Assembly (NCBI GenBank): GCA_902574345.1
Contig: CACGNF010000001.1
Coordinates: forward strand, 59,137 to 123,136
DNA length: 64,000 nt
DNA from: an uncultured Pelagibacteraceae bacterium
GTDB taxonomy: Bacteria; Pseudomonadota; Alphaproteobacteria; Pelagibacterales; Pelagibacteraceae
Direction: 5' to 3'
The notes under the pieces were generated by a model. It did not search any database. It was not told the DNA's origin and was given only the letters and a program-made list of their open reading frames with translations. Made by a program: the position numbers and the translations under genes. Shown here piece by piece: positions 20,150 to 29,497 of the stretch (positions within the stretch are counted from its first letter, which is position 1; every line of letters begins with the position of its first letter).

Positions 20150-21472
20150 ATGAATGTCTTAAATAGAAATATTAATAATATATTTTTTATTTTTGCATTA
20201 TCGCATTTAATAATTTGGACACTGATTCCCTCTTTAACAAATAAAAATTTACCACTAGATACAATTGAGGCTTTAGCATGGGGAAGTAATTTAGATTGGG
20301 GCTTTAACAAACATCCACCCATGAGTGCGTTTTTTCCTGAGGTATTTTTTCAAATTTTTGGTTCTCAAGATTGGGTTTATTATTTATTAAGTCAAATATT
20401 CGTGATAATTGCTTTTTATTACGTATTTAAATTTGCTTTTGAAATTTTTAAAGATTTAAAATTAAGTTTAATTTCTGTTTTATTATTAGTTTCTATCTAT
20501 TTCTATAATTTCACCACTCCTGAATTTAATGTAAATGTTTGCCAATTACCATTTTGGTCATTGGTTGTTTACTATTCATGGAAAATTTATTCATCACAGG
20601 AAATAAAATTTTCAGATTGTTTTCTAGTTGGCTTATTTGGTGCGGTCGGTTTTTTATCTAAATACTTGTTTATCTACCTTTTGGTATCAATAGATTTGTT
20701 GTTTATTTATTTAATCTTTTTCAAAAAAACTAAAAAATTTGATTTTAAATATTTGATAACAATTGAGGTCTTTTTAGTTTTATTAGTTCCTCATTTAATT
20801 TGGCTCTTTAACAATGATTTTATAACCATAACGTATGGATTAAACCGAACAGGATTAGAAAGTTCTGGTATTTTAGATCACATTAGTAATCCAGTATTAT
20901 TTTTATCAAAACAAATTGGTATACTGGTTCCTTTCTTCTTTTTGATTTGGTTACTAACTAAAAAGATAAAATTTAAGCTTAATATAAAAGATAAAAAATT
21001 GATGTTTCTGCTATTTATTAACTTTATGCCTATTATCTTGATGTTTCTGACATCATTGATTACTGGTTCAAAAATTAGAACAATGTGGATGACGCCTTTT
21101 TATTTATTTTTTGGAGTGTTATTTTTATATCTTCTAAAATCACAAATTAATTTAAAAAAAATAAATTCATTTCTTTATGGATTTCTTTTTCTATTTTTTT
21201 TATCACCTATTCTTTATTCTTATGTCTCTTTATCACAAACGGATAAACGAACGGATTATCCTGGAAAAGAGATCGCAATGAAAATTCAATATGTTTGGGA
21301 TCAAGATTTTGATAAAGAAATTCAATTTGTAACTGGTGATGAGTGGAAAGCTGGGAACCTTTCATATCACTTAAAATCAAGACCAAAGTGGGAGGGATTT
21401 AATAATAAAGAGATACTCAATAACTCATCACAATTTATTTGTGTGGGTGATGTTTGTTTGGGAAGGTATTAA
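20150..21472 (+). CDS. GT-C membrane glycosyltransferase (GT39/ArnT/Rgt-like)
   Basis: Polytopic membrane protein with DTIEALAWG...KHPP and LSKY motifs; ATG at 20150 preferred over 20114. Confidence 0.78.
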   Translation: MNVLNRNINNIFFIFALSHLIIWTLIPSLTNKNLPLDTIEALAWGSNLDWGFNKHPPMSAFFPEVFFQIFGSQDWVYYLLSQIFVIIAFYYVFKFAFEIFKDLKLSLISVLLLVSIYFYNFTTPEFNVNVCQLPFWSLVVYYSWKIYSSQEIKFSDCFLVGLFGAVGFLSKYLFIYLLVSIDLLFIYLIFFKKTKKFDFKYLITIEVFLVLLVPHLIWLFNNDFITITYGLNRTGLESSGILDHISNPVLFLSKQIGILVPFFFLIWLLTKKIKFKLNIKDKKLMFLLFINFMPIILMFLTSLITGSKIRTMWMTPFYLFFGVLFLYLLKSQINLKKINSFLYGFLFLFFLSPILYSYVSLSQTDKRTDYPGKEIAMKIQYVWDQDFDKEIQFVTGDEWKAGNLSYHLKSRPKWEGFNNKEILNNSSQFICVGDVCLGRY

Positions 21473-21480
21473 TATTTAAA

Positions 21481-22350
21481 ATGAAAATTAAAATTTTAGT
21501 ACCTATTTATAACGACTGGCAATCAGCTTCAAAATTGCTAGATGAAATTGATAATAATATTTCGGATTTGGATCACGGAATATCTGTGATCATTGTCAAT
21601 GATGCTTCAACACATGATCGTCAAGAAGAGCAAAAGGATTTTAATAATATCCAGTCAATTAAGATTCTAAATATGAAAATTAATCAAGGTCACGCTAGAT
21701 GTATTGCAACTGGATTAAAATATATCTTTGAAAAAGAAGACTTTGATTATGTAATTCCAATGGATGGTGACGGCGAAGATAGACCAGAGGAAATCAAAGA
21801 ATTTATCAATCAAATAGAAAATTCAAATAATAATCCAATAGTCGGTGAGAGAGTAAAAAGATCAGAAAAATTAATTTTTAAAATTTGTTATCAATTACAT
21901 AAATTAATCACACTAACTTTTACCGGTAAATCAATTAAATTTGGAAACTATACATGCCTTCCAAAAAGCACAGTTGAAAAAATGATCAAAGAAAAAGCTA
22001 CCTGGAATAGTTTTTCTGGATCATTAAAAAAAATTGAAAATAATTTATTGTCAATACCATCTACTAGAGCCAGTAGATATTTTGGTCCATCGAAAATGAG
22101 TTTTTTAAATTTGATAAAACATTCACTTTCAATCATGAGTGTTTTTAGAAAAACCTTTCTAATTCGTTCAGGTTTGTTTATCATTTTATATATCCTATTT
22201 ATTAAGAGCAATGCATCTGTGGTGACAGCATTGCCCTTGATGTTTTTATTGATAGCTGTTTACTCAATTTCTAATTTAGCTTTAAGAGAAAATATGGCTG
22301 AATTTGATAAAGCTTTATCTAATATAAACGATATAGAAAATATTAAATAA
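21481..22350 (+). CDS. GT2 glycosyltransferase (polyprenyl-phosphate sugar synthase-like)
   Basis: VPIYND, VNDAS, NQGH, MDGDGED, two C-terminal TM segments. Confidence 0.85.
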   Translation: MKIKILVPIYNDWQSASKLLDEIDNNISDLDHGISVIIVNDASTHDRQEEQKDFNNIQSIKILNMKINQGHARCIATGLKYIFEKEDFDYVIPMDGDGEDRPEEIKEFINQIENSNNNPIVGERVKRSEKLIFKICYQLHKLITLTFTGKSIKFGNYTCLPKSTVEKMIKEKATWNSFSGSLKKIENNLLSIPSTRASRYFGPSKMSFLNLIKHSLSIMSVFRKTFLIRSGLFIILYILFIKSNASVVTALPLMFLLIAVYSISNLALRENMAEFDKALSNINDIENIK

Positions 22351-22355
22351 GTTTT

Positions 22356-23186
22356 ATGAGAAAAATTTTTCTTACAATTTTTATAACTATAATTTTTTTA
22401 GGATCATCTAATTTTCTAAACAAAGTTGATGCAAAAGAAATTACAAATCTTCAATGGAAAAAAAGTGTAGCAAAAGGTAAGAAGCTTACTAAGTTTAGAG
22501 AAACTGTTTCCTCTCCAGCTTTAGGGGAAAAAGCTTGGAAGATAACATTGTTACCTAGAGATTGTGGCAGGGATCAAGATGGTGATTATTCCGATTGTAC
22601 AAATAATGGTAGAGATGCTGTTGTAGGACATGGAGGAGGAGATCGAGCAAGAAGTGAGTATTCAGCAAAACCAAGATATACGGGTGAGAAATGGATCTCA
22701 GTTAGTATTTTTATTCCAAAAGATTTTAAAACAGTTGAACCTGTTAGCACCTCTCTTTTTCAGATTTATGAATGGGGAAATACCAATCAACAAAGACATC
22801 CTAGGATGATGCTTAGAGTTAAAAGAGGTAACTTAGAGCCCAGATATTTCGCCGTGAATGGAATGGACTCTCAAGGATTGATATATAAGAATTTAAAGAT
22901 TGATGACATGAGAGACAAGTGGACGACCATAATATTTCATACCAAAATGTCAAAAGATCCAGACAAAGGATTTATTAAGATGTATGTCGATGATGTACTC
23001 TACAATGATTACAAAGGCAGGACAGGTTATGGTGGCAAATTTTTTAATAAATTCGGAATTTATCATAGCTGGATTAGTAGATGGAACGATGAAATACATG
23101 GAGAATATCCAACACAAGTTGTTTATTATGACAATCTCTTTAGAACTAGCAGTAAAGAAAAACTTTTAAAATTAATTAAAAATTAA
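22356..23186 (+). CDS. Exported polysaccharide-lyase-like protein (heparin lyase I/Polysacc_lyase-like)
   Basis: Signal peptide; DC...DRARSE, SIFIPKDF, LFQ, KFGIY, VVYYD pattern; assigned by motif recognition. Confidence 0.65.
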   Translation: MRKIFLTIFITIIFLGSSNFLNKVDAKEITNLQWKKSVAKGKKLTKFRETVSSPALGEKAWKITLLPRDCGRDQDGDYSDCTNNGRDAVVGHGGGDRARSEYSAKPRYTGEKWISVSIFIPKDFKTVEPVSTSLFQIYEWGNTNQQRHPRMMLRVKRGNLEPRYFAVNGMDSQGLIYKNLKIDDMRDKWTTIIFHTKMSKDPDKGFIKMYVDDVLYNDYKGRTGYGGKFFNKFGIYHSWISRWNDEIHGEYPTQVVYYDNLFRTSSKEKLLKLIKN

Positions 23187-23189
23187 TTG

Positions 23190-24467
23190 TTAAGCTCTTA
23201 TCGTTGGTAGACAATAAAAATCAGCAGTATCTATTTTAGAAGAGTATTGTCTTCGCATATTCCATTTTTTATGAACGCCAGCACTTGCAAGACTTAAAGT
23301 GAATCTGCCATATCTATAATTAGTGTTATCTATTGACCGCATTAAACTTTTTATTTTTTCGTCTTTTTCAGATGAAAATAGATTTTTTCTACCATCGTCA
23401 TTACGCAGTCCTGTCAGCATTACACCTGCTTTTTGGTAACGATAACCATTTTTAAAAATACTTTCTAAAATTGAAACTGCAGTTTTAACAGTTTCAATAC
23501 TGTTATTTGTTGCAATAGGAAAATCAATTGTTTTAGCATTTGAATAATAACCATAGCCTCTCTGAAAAGGACTGGTTCGAACGAAAACTGTAATTGCTTT
23601 TGCAACTAAAGACTCTGATCTAATTTTTTCAGATGCATTTAAACAATAGTTGGCAACTGCTTCTTTTAGTTCTTGAAATTTTTCAATTCTTTTACCAAAT
23701 GATCTTGAAACGACACAGCTCTTTCTTTTTGTTTGTGTTGTCTCTAAACCAATACAAGGCACCCCTCTAAGTTCCATTGCAGTTCTAGAACTTAAAACGT
23801 TGGAACATTTTTTGATCCAAGTATTAGATTTATTTTTAAGTTGTTTTGCATTGTAAATTCCATTCTTTTGGTAAAACTTTGTAAGTTGTCTACCAACGCC
23901 CCAAACATCATTAATTTCAACTTTCTCTAAGATAGGATCTAAATTCTCAATGCCAATTAAACTTGTTACTCCTGATTGTTTTTTCTTTGCGATATGATTT
24001 GCAACTTTACTTAAAGTTTTAGTTTTAGCGATACCAATGCTAGTTGGAATCCCAGTCCATTGTAAAACTGTCTCTCTAATTTCTCTTCCAACTTTTTCAA
24101 CTTCAGAGTCTGGAAAATTAGATAAATCTATAAATGCTTCATCAATTGAGTAAACTTCTATTTCAGTATTAAATCTTTTCAGAGTTCTCATTACCCTTCT
24201 AGATAAATCTCCATATAAGGAATAATTTGACGAAAAAACTTCAACTTTATTTTTTACAATAATATCTTTTGCTTTAAAATATGGCTCTCCCATTTTAATT
24301 CCTAAAGCTTTTGCTTCATTGGATCTAGAAATAATACAACCATCATTATTTGATAGTACAACTACAGGTTTTTTTCTTATTCTTGGATTGAATAATCTTT
24401 CACATGAAACATAGAAAGAGTTACAATCAACTAAGCCTATTTTTTTAGTACGTTGAATGGATGACAT
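23190..24467 (-). CDS. umuC: Y-family DNA polymerase UmuC
   Basis: VDCNSFYVSCE, VLSNNDGC, YSIDEAF, SRSFG, C-terminal WNMRR. Confidence 0.93.
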   Translation of the reverse strand: MSSIQRTKKIGLVDCNSFYVSCERLFNPRIRKKPVVVLSNNDGCIISRSNEAKALGIKMGEPYFKAKDIIVKNKVEVFSSNYSLYGDLSRRVMRTLKRFNTEIEVYSIDEAFIDLSNFPDSEVEKVGREIRETVLQWTGIPTSIGIAKTKTLSKVANHIAKKKQSGVTSLIGIENLDPILEKVEINDVWGVGRQLTKFYQKNGIYNAKQLKNKSNTWIKKCSNVLSSRTAMELRGVPCIGLETTQTKRKSCVVSRSFGKRIEKFQELKEAVANYCLNASEKIRSESLVAKAITVFVRTSPFQRGYGYYSNAKTIDFPIATNNSIETVKTAVSILESIFKNGYRYQKAGVMLTGLRNDDGRKNLFSSEKDEKIKSLMRSIDNTNYRYGRFTLSLASAGVHKKWNMRRQYSSKIDTADFYCLPTIRA

Positions 24468-24840
24468 AAGTCACAACCCCCCAAATAAAGACGTCTTCTT
24501 CTTCGTTAATCAAAATTCTATTAGAAAAATCTTTAGAGCCTGAGGATAGAAATTTTTTATCTCTTTCTTGAACTAAAGTTTTAACTACAAGCTCGTCATG
24601 AACATTTGCGATAACAGTTGAAAAGTTTTTTGGCTTTAAACTTTTGTCGACAACTAATAAATCCCCATCATTAATCCCAACATCGACCATAGATTTTCCC
24701 TGTACTCGGATGATGAAAGTGGCAGGAACATTTTTGATTAAATGCATGTTCAGATCGATATCTTCTTCGATATAATCAGTGGCAGGCGATGGAAAACCAG
24801 CGCCAGCTTTATGCAGATAATAAGGAATAGTGAGCTTCAT
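24445..24840 (-). CDS. umuD: UmuD (S24 autoprotease)
   Basis: AG|FPSPA cleavage site, GKSM Ser, VVK Lys, IWGVV; overlaps umuC. Confidence 0.92.
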   Translation of the reverse strand: MKLTIPYYLHKAGAGFPSPATDYIEEDIDLNMHLIKNVPATFIIRVQGKSMVDVGINDGDLLVVDKSLKPKNFSTVIANVHDELVVKTLVQERDKKFLSSGSKDFSNRILINEEEDVFIWGVVTYVIHSTY

Positions 24841-24855
24841 GTTCTTATTTTGTTC
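24841..24855 (-). promoter_or_regulatory. Alphaproteobacterial LexA (SOS) box for umuDC
   Basis: GTTC-TTATTTT-GTTC, i.e. GAAC-N7-GAAC on the minus strand, directly before the umuD ATG. Confidence 0.85.
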
Positions 24856-24962
24856 TTATTTGTAGCGCAGTTATACAATGCAGTCAATAGGTTGTATTTT
24901 GAGTCCGTAATTGAATCAAAACTGAATCAAAACATGAACATCGAAACTATATTTTGTATGCT

Positions 24963-24971
24963 TGTGGATAA
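24963..24971 (-). promoter_or_regulatory. Consensus DnaA box
   Basis: TGTGGATAA (TTATCCACA on the minus strand) in the umuD/SOUL intergenic region; single copy, function unproven. Confidence 0.45.
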
Positions 24972-25003
24972 CTTTAACCAAGGATAGTTTAATTGGATAT
25001 CAA

Positions 25004-25552
25004 ATGAGAGTAATTTTAATAGTTTTAATTTCAATACTAACCTTAAATTCTCAAGTTATGGCATACGAGGAAGTAAATTATGAAATAGTAAAAGAAAATA
25101 AAGAATATGAAATCAGAAAATATTCTGATCGTTTAGTCATTGAAACAAATTCTATACAGGGTAATGGTTTTAGAAAACTGTTTAATTATATTTCAGGAAA
25201 CAATGAAGAAAAAAAAGAAATTAAGATGACAGTTCCAGTTACTCAAGAAGTCAAAAATGGAAACATGACAATGCAATTTTATCTACCTTCAAAATTTAAC
25301 AAAACTAATACGCCAAAGCCATCCAATTCAGAAATAAAGGTTTCAACAATAGAAGGTGGGTATTATGCTGTTATTAAATATTCCGGAAGATCTTCAGATC
25401 AAAACTTTTTAAAGAACAAGGACATTTTAGAAAAACAGCTAAAACAAGACAATATTACTATTTTAAGTCCTCCGATAAGAGCATCCTATAATTCACCATT
25501 TACTTTACCAATGTTAAAAAGAAATGAAGTAATGTATATGATAGATTTGTAA
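25004..25552 (+). CDS. SOUL family heme-binding protein
   Basis: YEIRKY, GFRKLFNYISGNN, IKMTVPV, MQFYLP, YNSPFT, RNEV; signal peptide from ATG 25004. Confidence 0.9.
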   Translation: MRVILIVLISILTLNSQVMAYEEVNYEIVKENKEYEIRKYSDRLVIETNSIQGNGFRKLFNYISGNNEEKKEIKMTVPVTQEVKNGNMTMQFYLPSKFNKTNTPKPSNSEIKVSTIEGGYYAVIKYSGRSSDQNFLKNKDILEKQLKQDNITILSPPIRASYNSPFTLPMLKRNEVMYMIDL

Positions 25553-25915
25553 ATGAAAAAATTAGTTTGCCATTGTGGAGCTGTAGAAGCAGAAATTAAT
25601 TTAGATGGAGATTTAGCTAAAGTAATAAAGTGTAATTGTTCTATTTGTAAAAGAAAAGGAGCAATCATGTCGATGGTAAAAAATGAAGATTTTAAAATTA
25701 CTAAAGGCCAAGATAAATTAAAACTTTATCAATTTCATTCAAAAGTAGCGAAACATTATTTTTGTTCTGATTGTGGGATCTACACACATCACAATCCAAG
25801 AATCAATCCAGCCATGACAGGATTTAATGTTGGTTGTATTGATGAAATAAATACTTTTGATATGAAAGAAGTTCCAGTAAATGATGGTCAAAATCATCCA
25901 TTGGATAAGAAATAA
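25553..25915 (+). CDS. GFA/CENP-V family Zn protein
   Basis: CHCG, CNCSIC, HYFCSDCG. Confidence 0.9.
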   Translation: MKKLVCHCGAVEAEINLDGDLAKVIKCNCSICKRKGAIMSMVKNEDFKITKGQDKLKLYQFHSKVAKHYFCSDCGIYTHHNPRINPAMTGFNVGCIDEINTFDMKEVPVNDGQNHPLDKK

Positions 25916-25920
25916 TTTTC

Positions 25921-26850
25921 ATGCAACAATTCAACTTATGCTTTGGTGAGGTAAAAAAAGATTGTTTAAAGTTTATTAAATCTCAAGAAACAAAAGCAGA
26001 CAAATTTAAGAATAAGGAAAGAATGATAAAATCTTTCTTAATTCCATTATGTTTTTGGATTAGTAAAAAAGCTGATAAAAAAAGACCTTATTTTGTGGGT
26101 TTAGCAGGAGGTCAAGGTACAGGTAAAACCACCATTAGTTCACTCATTAAGATAATTTTAACAAAGTACTTTAAATTAAAAGTTTTCAGAATTTCTATAG
26201 ATGATTTTTATAAAACTAGAAAAGAGAGAATAAATTTATCTAATAAAATACACCCAATGCTTTTGACTAGAGGAGTACCAGGAACACATGATATTAATAT
26301 GATGTTGAGTTTTTTTAGAAAGACAAAAAGCAGAAAATTTAAAAGGCTTAAATTGCCAACATTCAATAAAGCAATAGATGACCGATTTCACAAAAAGAAT
26401 TGGTATGACTTAAAAGTTAGACCTGATGTAATTATTTTCGAAGGTTGGTGTGTTGGTGCAAAATCAGAAAAAAATAATACTTTAAAGAAAAACATTAATT
26501 CTCTTGAAAAAGCCAAAGATCAAAAACAAATTTGGAGAAAATACGTGAACCAGCAATTGAAATCAAAATACAAAAAATTATATTCCCAACTTAATTGTTT
26601 AATTTATTTAAGAGCAAAAAATTTTAGTTTGCTTCAGAAATGGAGATTGAAACAAGAAAGAAAACTTTGGGTGAAAAGTAAAGTAAAATCGAATTCAAAA
26701 ATAATGAGTAGAGGAGATGTCATCAACTTTATGCAGACATATCAAAGAATAACCCAGAATATGTTTAAAAATATGCCTAAATATGCATCTATAATTTTTA
26801 ATCTAAATAGTAACCATCAGGTCAAATCTGCAGTATACAAAAGCAAATGA
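25921..26850 (+). CDS. P-loop kinase, D-glycerate 3-kinase (GLYK)-like
   Basis: GGQGTGKTT, SIDDFY, TRGVPGTHD, EGWCVG, WRLKQE. Confidence 0.75.
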   Translation: MQQFNLCFGEVKKDCLKFIKSQETKADKFKNKERMIKSFLIPLCFWISKKADKKRPYFVGLAGGQGTGKTTISSLIKIILTKYFKLKVFRISIDDFYKTRKERINLSNKIHPMLLTRGVPGTHDINMMLSFFRKTKSRKFKRLKLPTFNKAIDDRFHKKNWYDLKVRPDVIIFEGWCVGAKSEKNNTLKKNINSLEKAKDQKQIWRKYVNQQLKSKYKKLYSQLNCLIYLRAKNFSLLQKWRLKQERKLWVKSKVKSNSKIMSRGDVINFMQTYQRITQNMFKNMPKYASIIFNLNSNHQVKSAVYKSK

Positions 26851-28142
26851 AAAAAATAATTTTAATTTTTTTAGGGATATTCTTTTTATCTGCGCAAGTA
26901 AATGCTGAGAGCTTTTCTAGTGCTTTATCAAAAGCCTATAAAAATAATTCAGAGCTTAACGCAGAAAGGGAAAATATTAATGTTTCTGAACAAGATCTAA
27001 ATATTGCAAGAGGATCTTATTTACCAACGATTACTCTTGAGGGAACTAAAAGTCAGGAAGATACTAATAAACTTACTAATCAAGGTGGGGGAGATGCATC
27101 AATTAGTGATGTGGACCCTTCAACAAGATCAGTCTCAATTACTCAAACTTTAATTGATTTTGGTAGAGGTTCAGATCTTGCAAAAAATAAGATAGGTATT
27201 GATCTTGCAAAAGCAAAATTATTAAAAAAAGAACAAGACATTTTATATAAAACTACAGAGGCTTATACGGGGCTAATTTCAGCAAATGAAAAGTTGGAAA
27301 TTAATAGAACAAATGTTGAGCTTTTAAGCAGACAAGTTGAAACTGATAGAATTAGACTTAGTAGAGGTCAAATTTCTTTATCAGATGTTTCTCAATCAGA
27401 ATCTTCTTTAGCAGGCGCTGAGGCACAATTTATTAAAGCACAAAATGATTTATTAACTAGTAAATTAAATTATGAAAATATCATAGGTAGCATTAATGAT
27501 GCTCAATCATTAGATAAAAGTTCAATTATTAATTATGAACTTCCAGGAGATCTTAATTCAGCAATTGAACTTTCAAAGAGAAATAATCCTGATTTAATAA
27601 TTGCAAAGTTAGAGTATGAACAATCTATTAAAGATAAATCAATAGCTAAATCTGATTTAGCACCTACTGCGAAATTATCTTTTGAAAGATCATATACTGA
27701 AGATTTAAATACAACATATGATGAGAGAGAAAAAGATACTGTTAAAGCAACTGTTTCTTGGCCTTTTTTTTCAGGTGGTAAAAACATTGCTAAATATAAA
27801 AAAAATCAAAGTCTAGAAAATAGAAAAAGATTGATTTTAGATAGTGCCGTTAAACAAAATCAAACTGCTGTAGCTAGCGCATGGTCTAATTATCAATCTA
27901 ATAGAAGTTTACTTAATTCTGTTCAATCCCAAGTTAAAGCTGCTGAAATTGCCAATGAGGGAATTACTGCTGAATATAATAGTGGTGCAGGAAGAACAAC
28001 TTTAGAGGTCATTCAATCCAACTCATTACTTTTGAATGCTCAAATTTCTTTGGCAGATTCTGAGAGAAATTACATTCTATCTCAGTTTAATCTGTTAAAG
28101 TCCTTAGGATTGCTAAACAGCGATTACCTAAAAATAAGATAA
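26847..28142 (+). CDS. TolC family outer membrane protein
   Basis: Signal peptide, duplicated OEP repeats, GRTTLEV motif. Confidence 0.88.
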   Translation: MKKIILIFLGIFFLSAQVNAESFSSALSKAYKNNSELNAERENINVSEQDLNIARGSYLPTITLEGTKSQEDTNKLTNQGGGDASISDVDPSTRSVSITQTLIDFGRGSDLAKNKIGIDLAKAKLLKKEQDILYKTTEAYTGLISANEKLEINRTNVELLSRQVETDRIRLSRGQISLSDVSQSESSLAGAEAQFIKAQNDLLTSKLNYENIIGSINDAQSLDKSSIINYELPGDLNSAIELSKRNNPDLIIAKLEYEQSIKDKSIAKSDLAPTAKLSFERSYTEDLNTTYDEREKDTVKATVSWPFFSGGKNIAKYKKNQSLENRKRLILDSAVKQNQTAVASAWSNYQSNRSLLNSVQSQVKAAEIANEGITAEYNSGAGRTTLEVIQSNSLLLNAQISLADSERNYILSQFNLLKSLGLLNSDYLKIR

Positions 28143-28183
28143 TTATTGGTTTTTTAGGGAAAAATAAAATATCTTGCTAATGA

Positions 28184-28198
28184 GAACAAAATGTGTAC
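28184..28198 (+). promoter_or_regulatory. LexA (SOS) box upstream of recA
   Basis: GAAC-AAAATGT-GTAC, the GAAC-N7-GTAC variant of the alpha SOS box, about 50 nt upstream of recA. Confidence 0.78.
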
Positions 28199-28247
28199 AT
28201 TTATTTTATGATTCGAGTGTTAAAAAAAGCAAGAAAAGAGGCAAAAA

Positions 28248-29396
28248 ATGACAAAAAATAACTTAAAAGTAGTTAAATCTACGAAAGATCAAGAATTGGA
28301 TATTAAAGAAAAAAACAAAGCATTAGATGCTGCGATTAGCCAGATAACTGACAATTTTGGAAAAGGTTCAGTTATGAAGCTGGGCGAAAAAAGAGCGATG
28401 GATATCGAGTCGATATCTACAGGTTCTTTAAGTTTAGATTTAGCTTTAGGAATAGGTGGTTTACCTAAAGGAAGAATTATTGAAGTTTATGGACCAGAGA
28501 GTTCTGGAAAAACAACATTAGCATTACAAGTAGTTGCCGAAGCTCAAAAGGCGGGTGGAATTTGTGCATTCGTTGATGCAGAGCATGCTTTAGATCCAGT
28601 TTATGCAAAAAAATTAGGAGTGAATACTGAGGAGCTTTTAATCTCTCAACCAGATGCAGGTGAGCAAGCTTTGGAAATCGCTGATACACTAGTAAAATCA
28701 GGCTCTATTTCAGTAATCGTAATTGACTCTGTTGCAGCTTTAACTCCAAAAGCTGAAATTGAAGGTGAGATGGGTGATCATCATGTTGGTCTTCAATCAA
28801 GATTAATGAGTCAGGCTTTAAGAAAATTAACTGGTTCAATTTCAAATACAAACACAATGATGATTTTCATTAATCAAATTAGAATGAAAATTGGAGTTAT
28901 GTTTGGAAGTCCAGAAACAACATCAGGTGGAAATGCTTTGAAGTTTTATTCATCTGTAAGAATGGATATTAGAAGAATTGGTGCTATCAAAGATAAAGAT
29001 GAAATTATCGGAAACACTACAAGAGTAAAAGTAGTTAAGAATAAAGTTGCACCACCATTTAAAGTTGTTGAGTTTGACTTAATGTATGGCAGAGGAATTA
29101 GTAAAATGGGTGAGTTAGTTGACCTAGGTGCTAAAGCTGACATTATTGAAAAATCAGGAGCATGGTATGCTTATAAGGGTGAAAAAATAGGTCAAGGTAG
29201 AGAAAATGCAAAAACTTACCTTGCTCAAAATCCTAAAGTCGCTGCAGAAATAGAAATGGCAATTAGAGAAAAAGCAGGTGTGATTTCAAAGAAAATTGAG
29301 GGAAATCCATTAAGTCCTGAAAAAATTGAAAAAGAGAAGAAAGTAGCTGAAAAAGAGGAGGCTGCAAAAGAAGCTACTCCTTCTAAAAAGAACTAA
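28248..29396 (+). CDS. recA: Recombinase RecA
   Basis: [31 protein letters not shown]. Confidence 0.99.
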   Translation: MTKNNLKVVKSTKDQELDIKEKNKALDAAISQITDNFGKGSVMKLGEKRAMDIESISTGSLSLDLALGIGGLPKGRIIEVYGPESSGKTTLALQVVAEAQKAGGICAFVDAEHALDPVYAKKLGVNTEELLISQPDAGEQALEIADTLVKSGSISVIVIDSVAALTPKAEIEGEMGDHHVGLQSRLMSQALRKLTGSISNTNTMMIFINQIRMKIGVMFGSPETTSGGNALKFYSSVRMDIRRIGAIKDKDEIIGNTTRVKVVKNKVAPPFKVVEFDLMYGRGISKMGELVDLGAKADIIEKSGAWYAYKGEKIGQGRENAKTYLAQNPKVAAEIEMAIREKAGVISKKIEGNPLSPEKIEKEKKVAEKEEAAKEATPSKKN

Positions 29397-29422
29397 AATT
29401 AAAGGTCATCTTTAAATTATAA

Positions 29423-29445
29423 AAGGCGCTTGTAATAAGCGCCTT
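29423..29445. terminator. Hairpin between recA and alaS (putative terminator/stabiliser)
   Basis: AAGGCGCTT-GTAAT-AAGCGCCTT; followed by a C run on +, short T run on -. Confidence 0.55.
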
Positions 29446-29497
29446 CCCCCCCTTTATCCCTAACTAGACATAGTATAAAAAAGCTGTATTTTAAAGT

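Noticed and set aside
23190-24840. umuDC as a sign of a prophage or ICE
   Set aside because: Flanks are chromosomal genes, no mobility genes, and a native-type SOS box is present
24742-24987. 81-aa ORF on + across the umuD start
   Set aside because: Antisense to umuD and covers regulatory DNA; no recognisable motif
24856-25003. Possible replication origin
   Set aside because: Only one perfect DnaA box, no box cluster, and no origin-associated genes (dnaA, hemE, parAB) nearby
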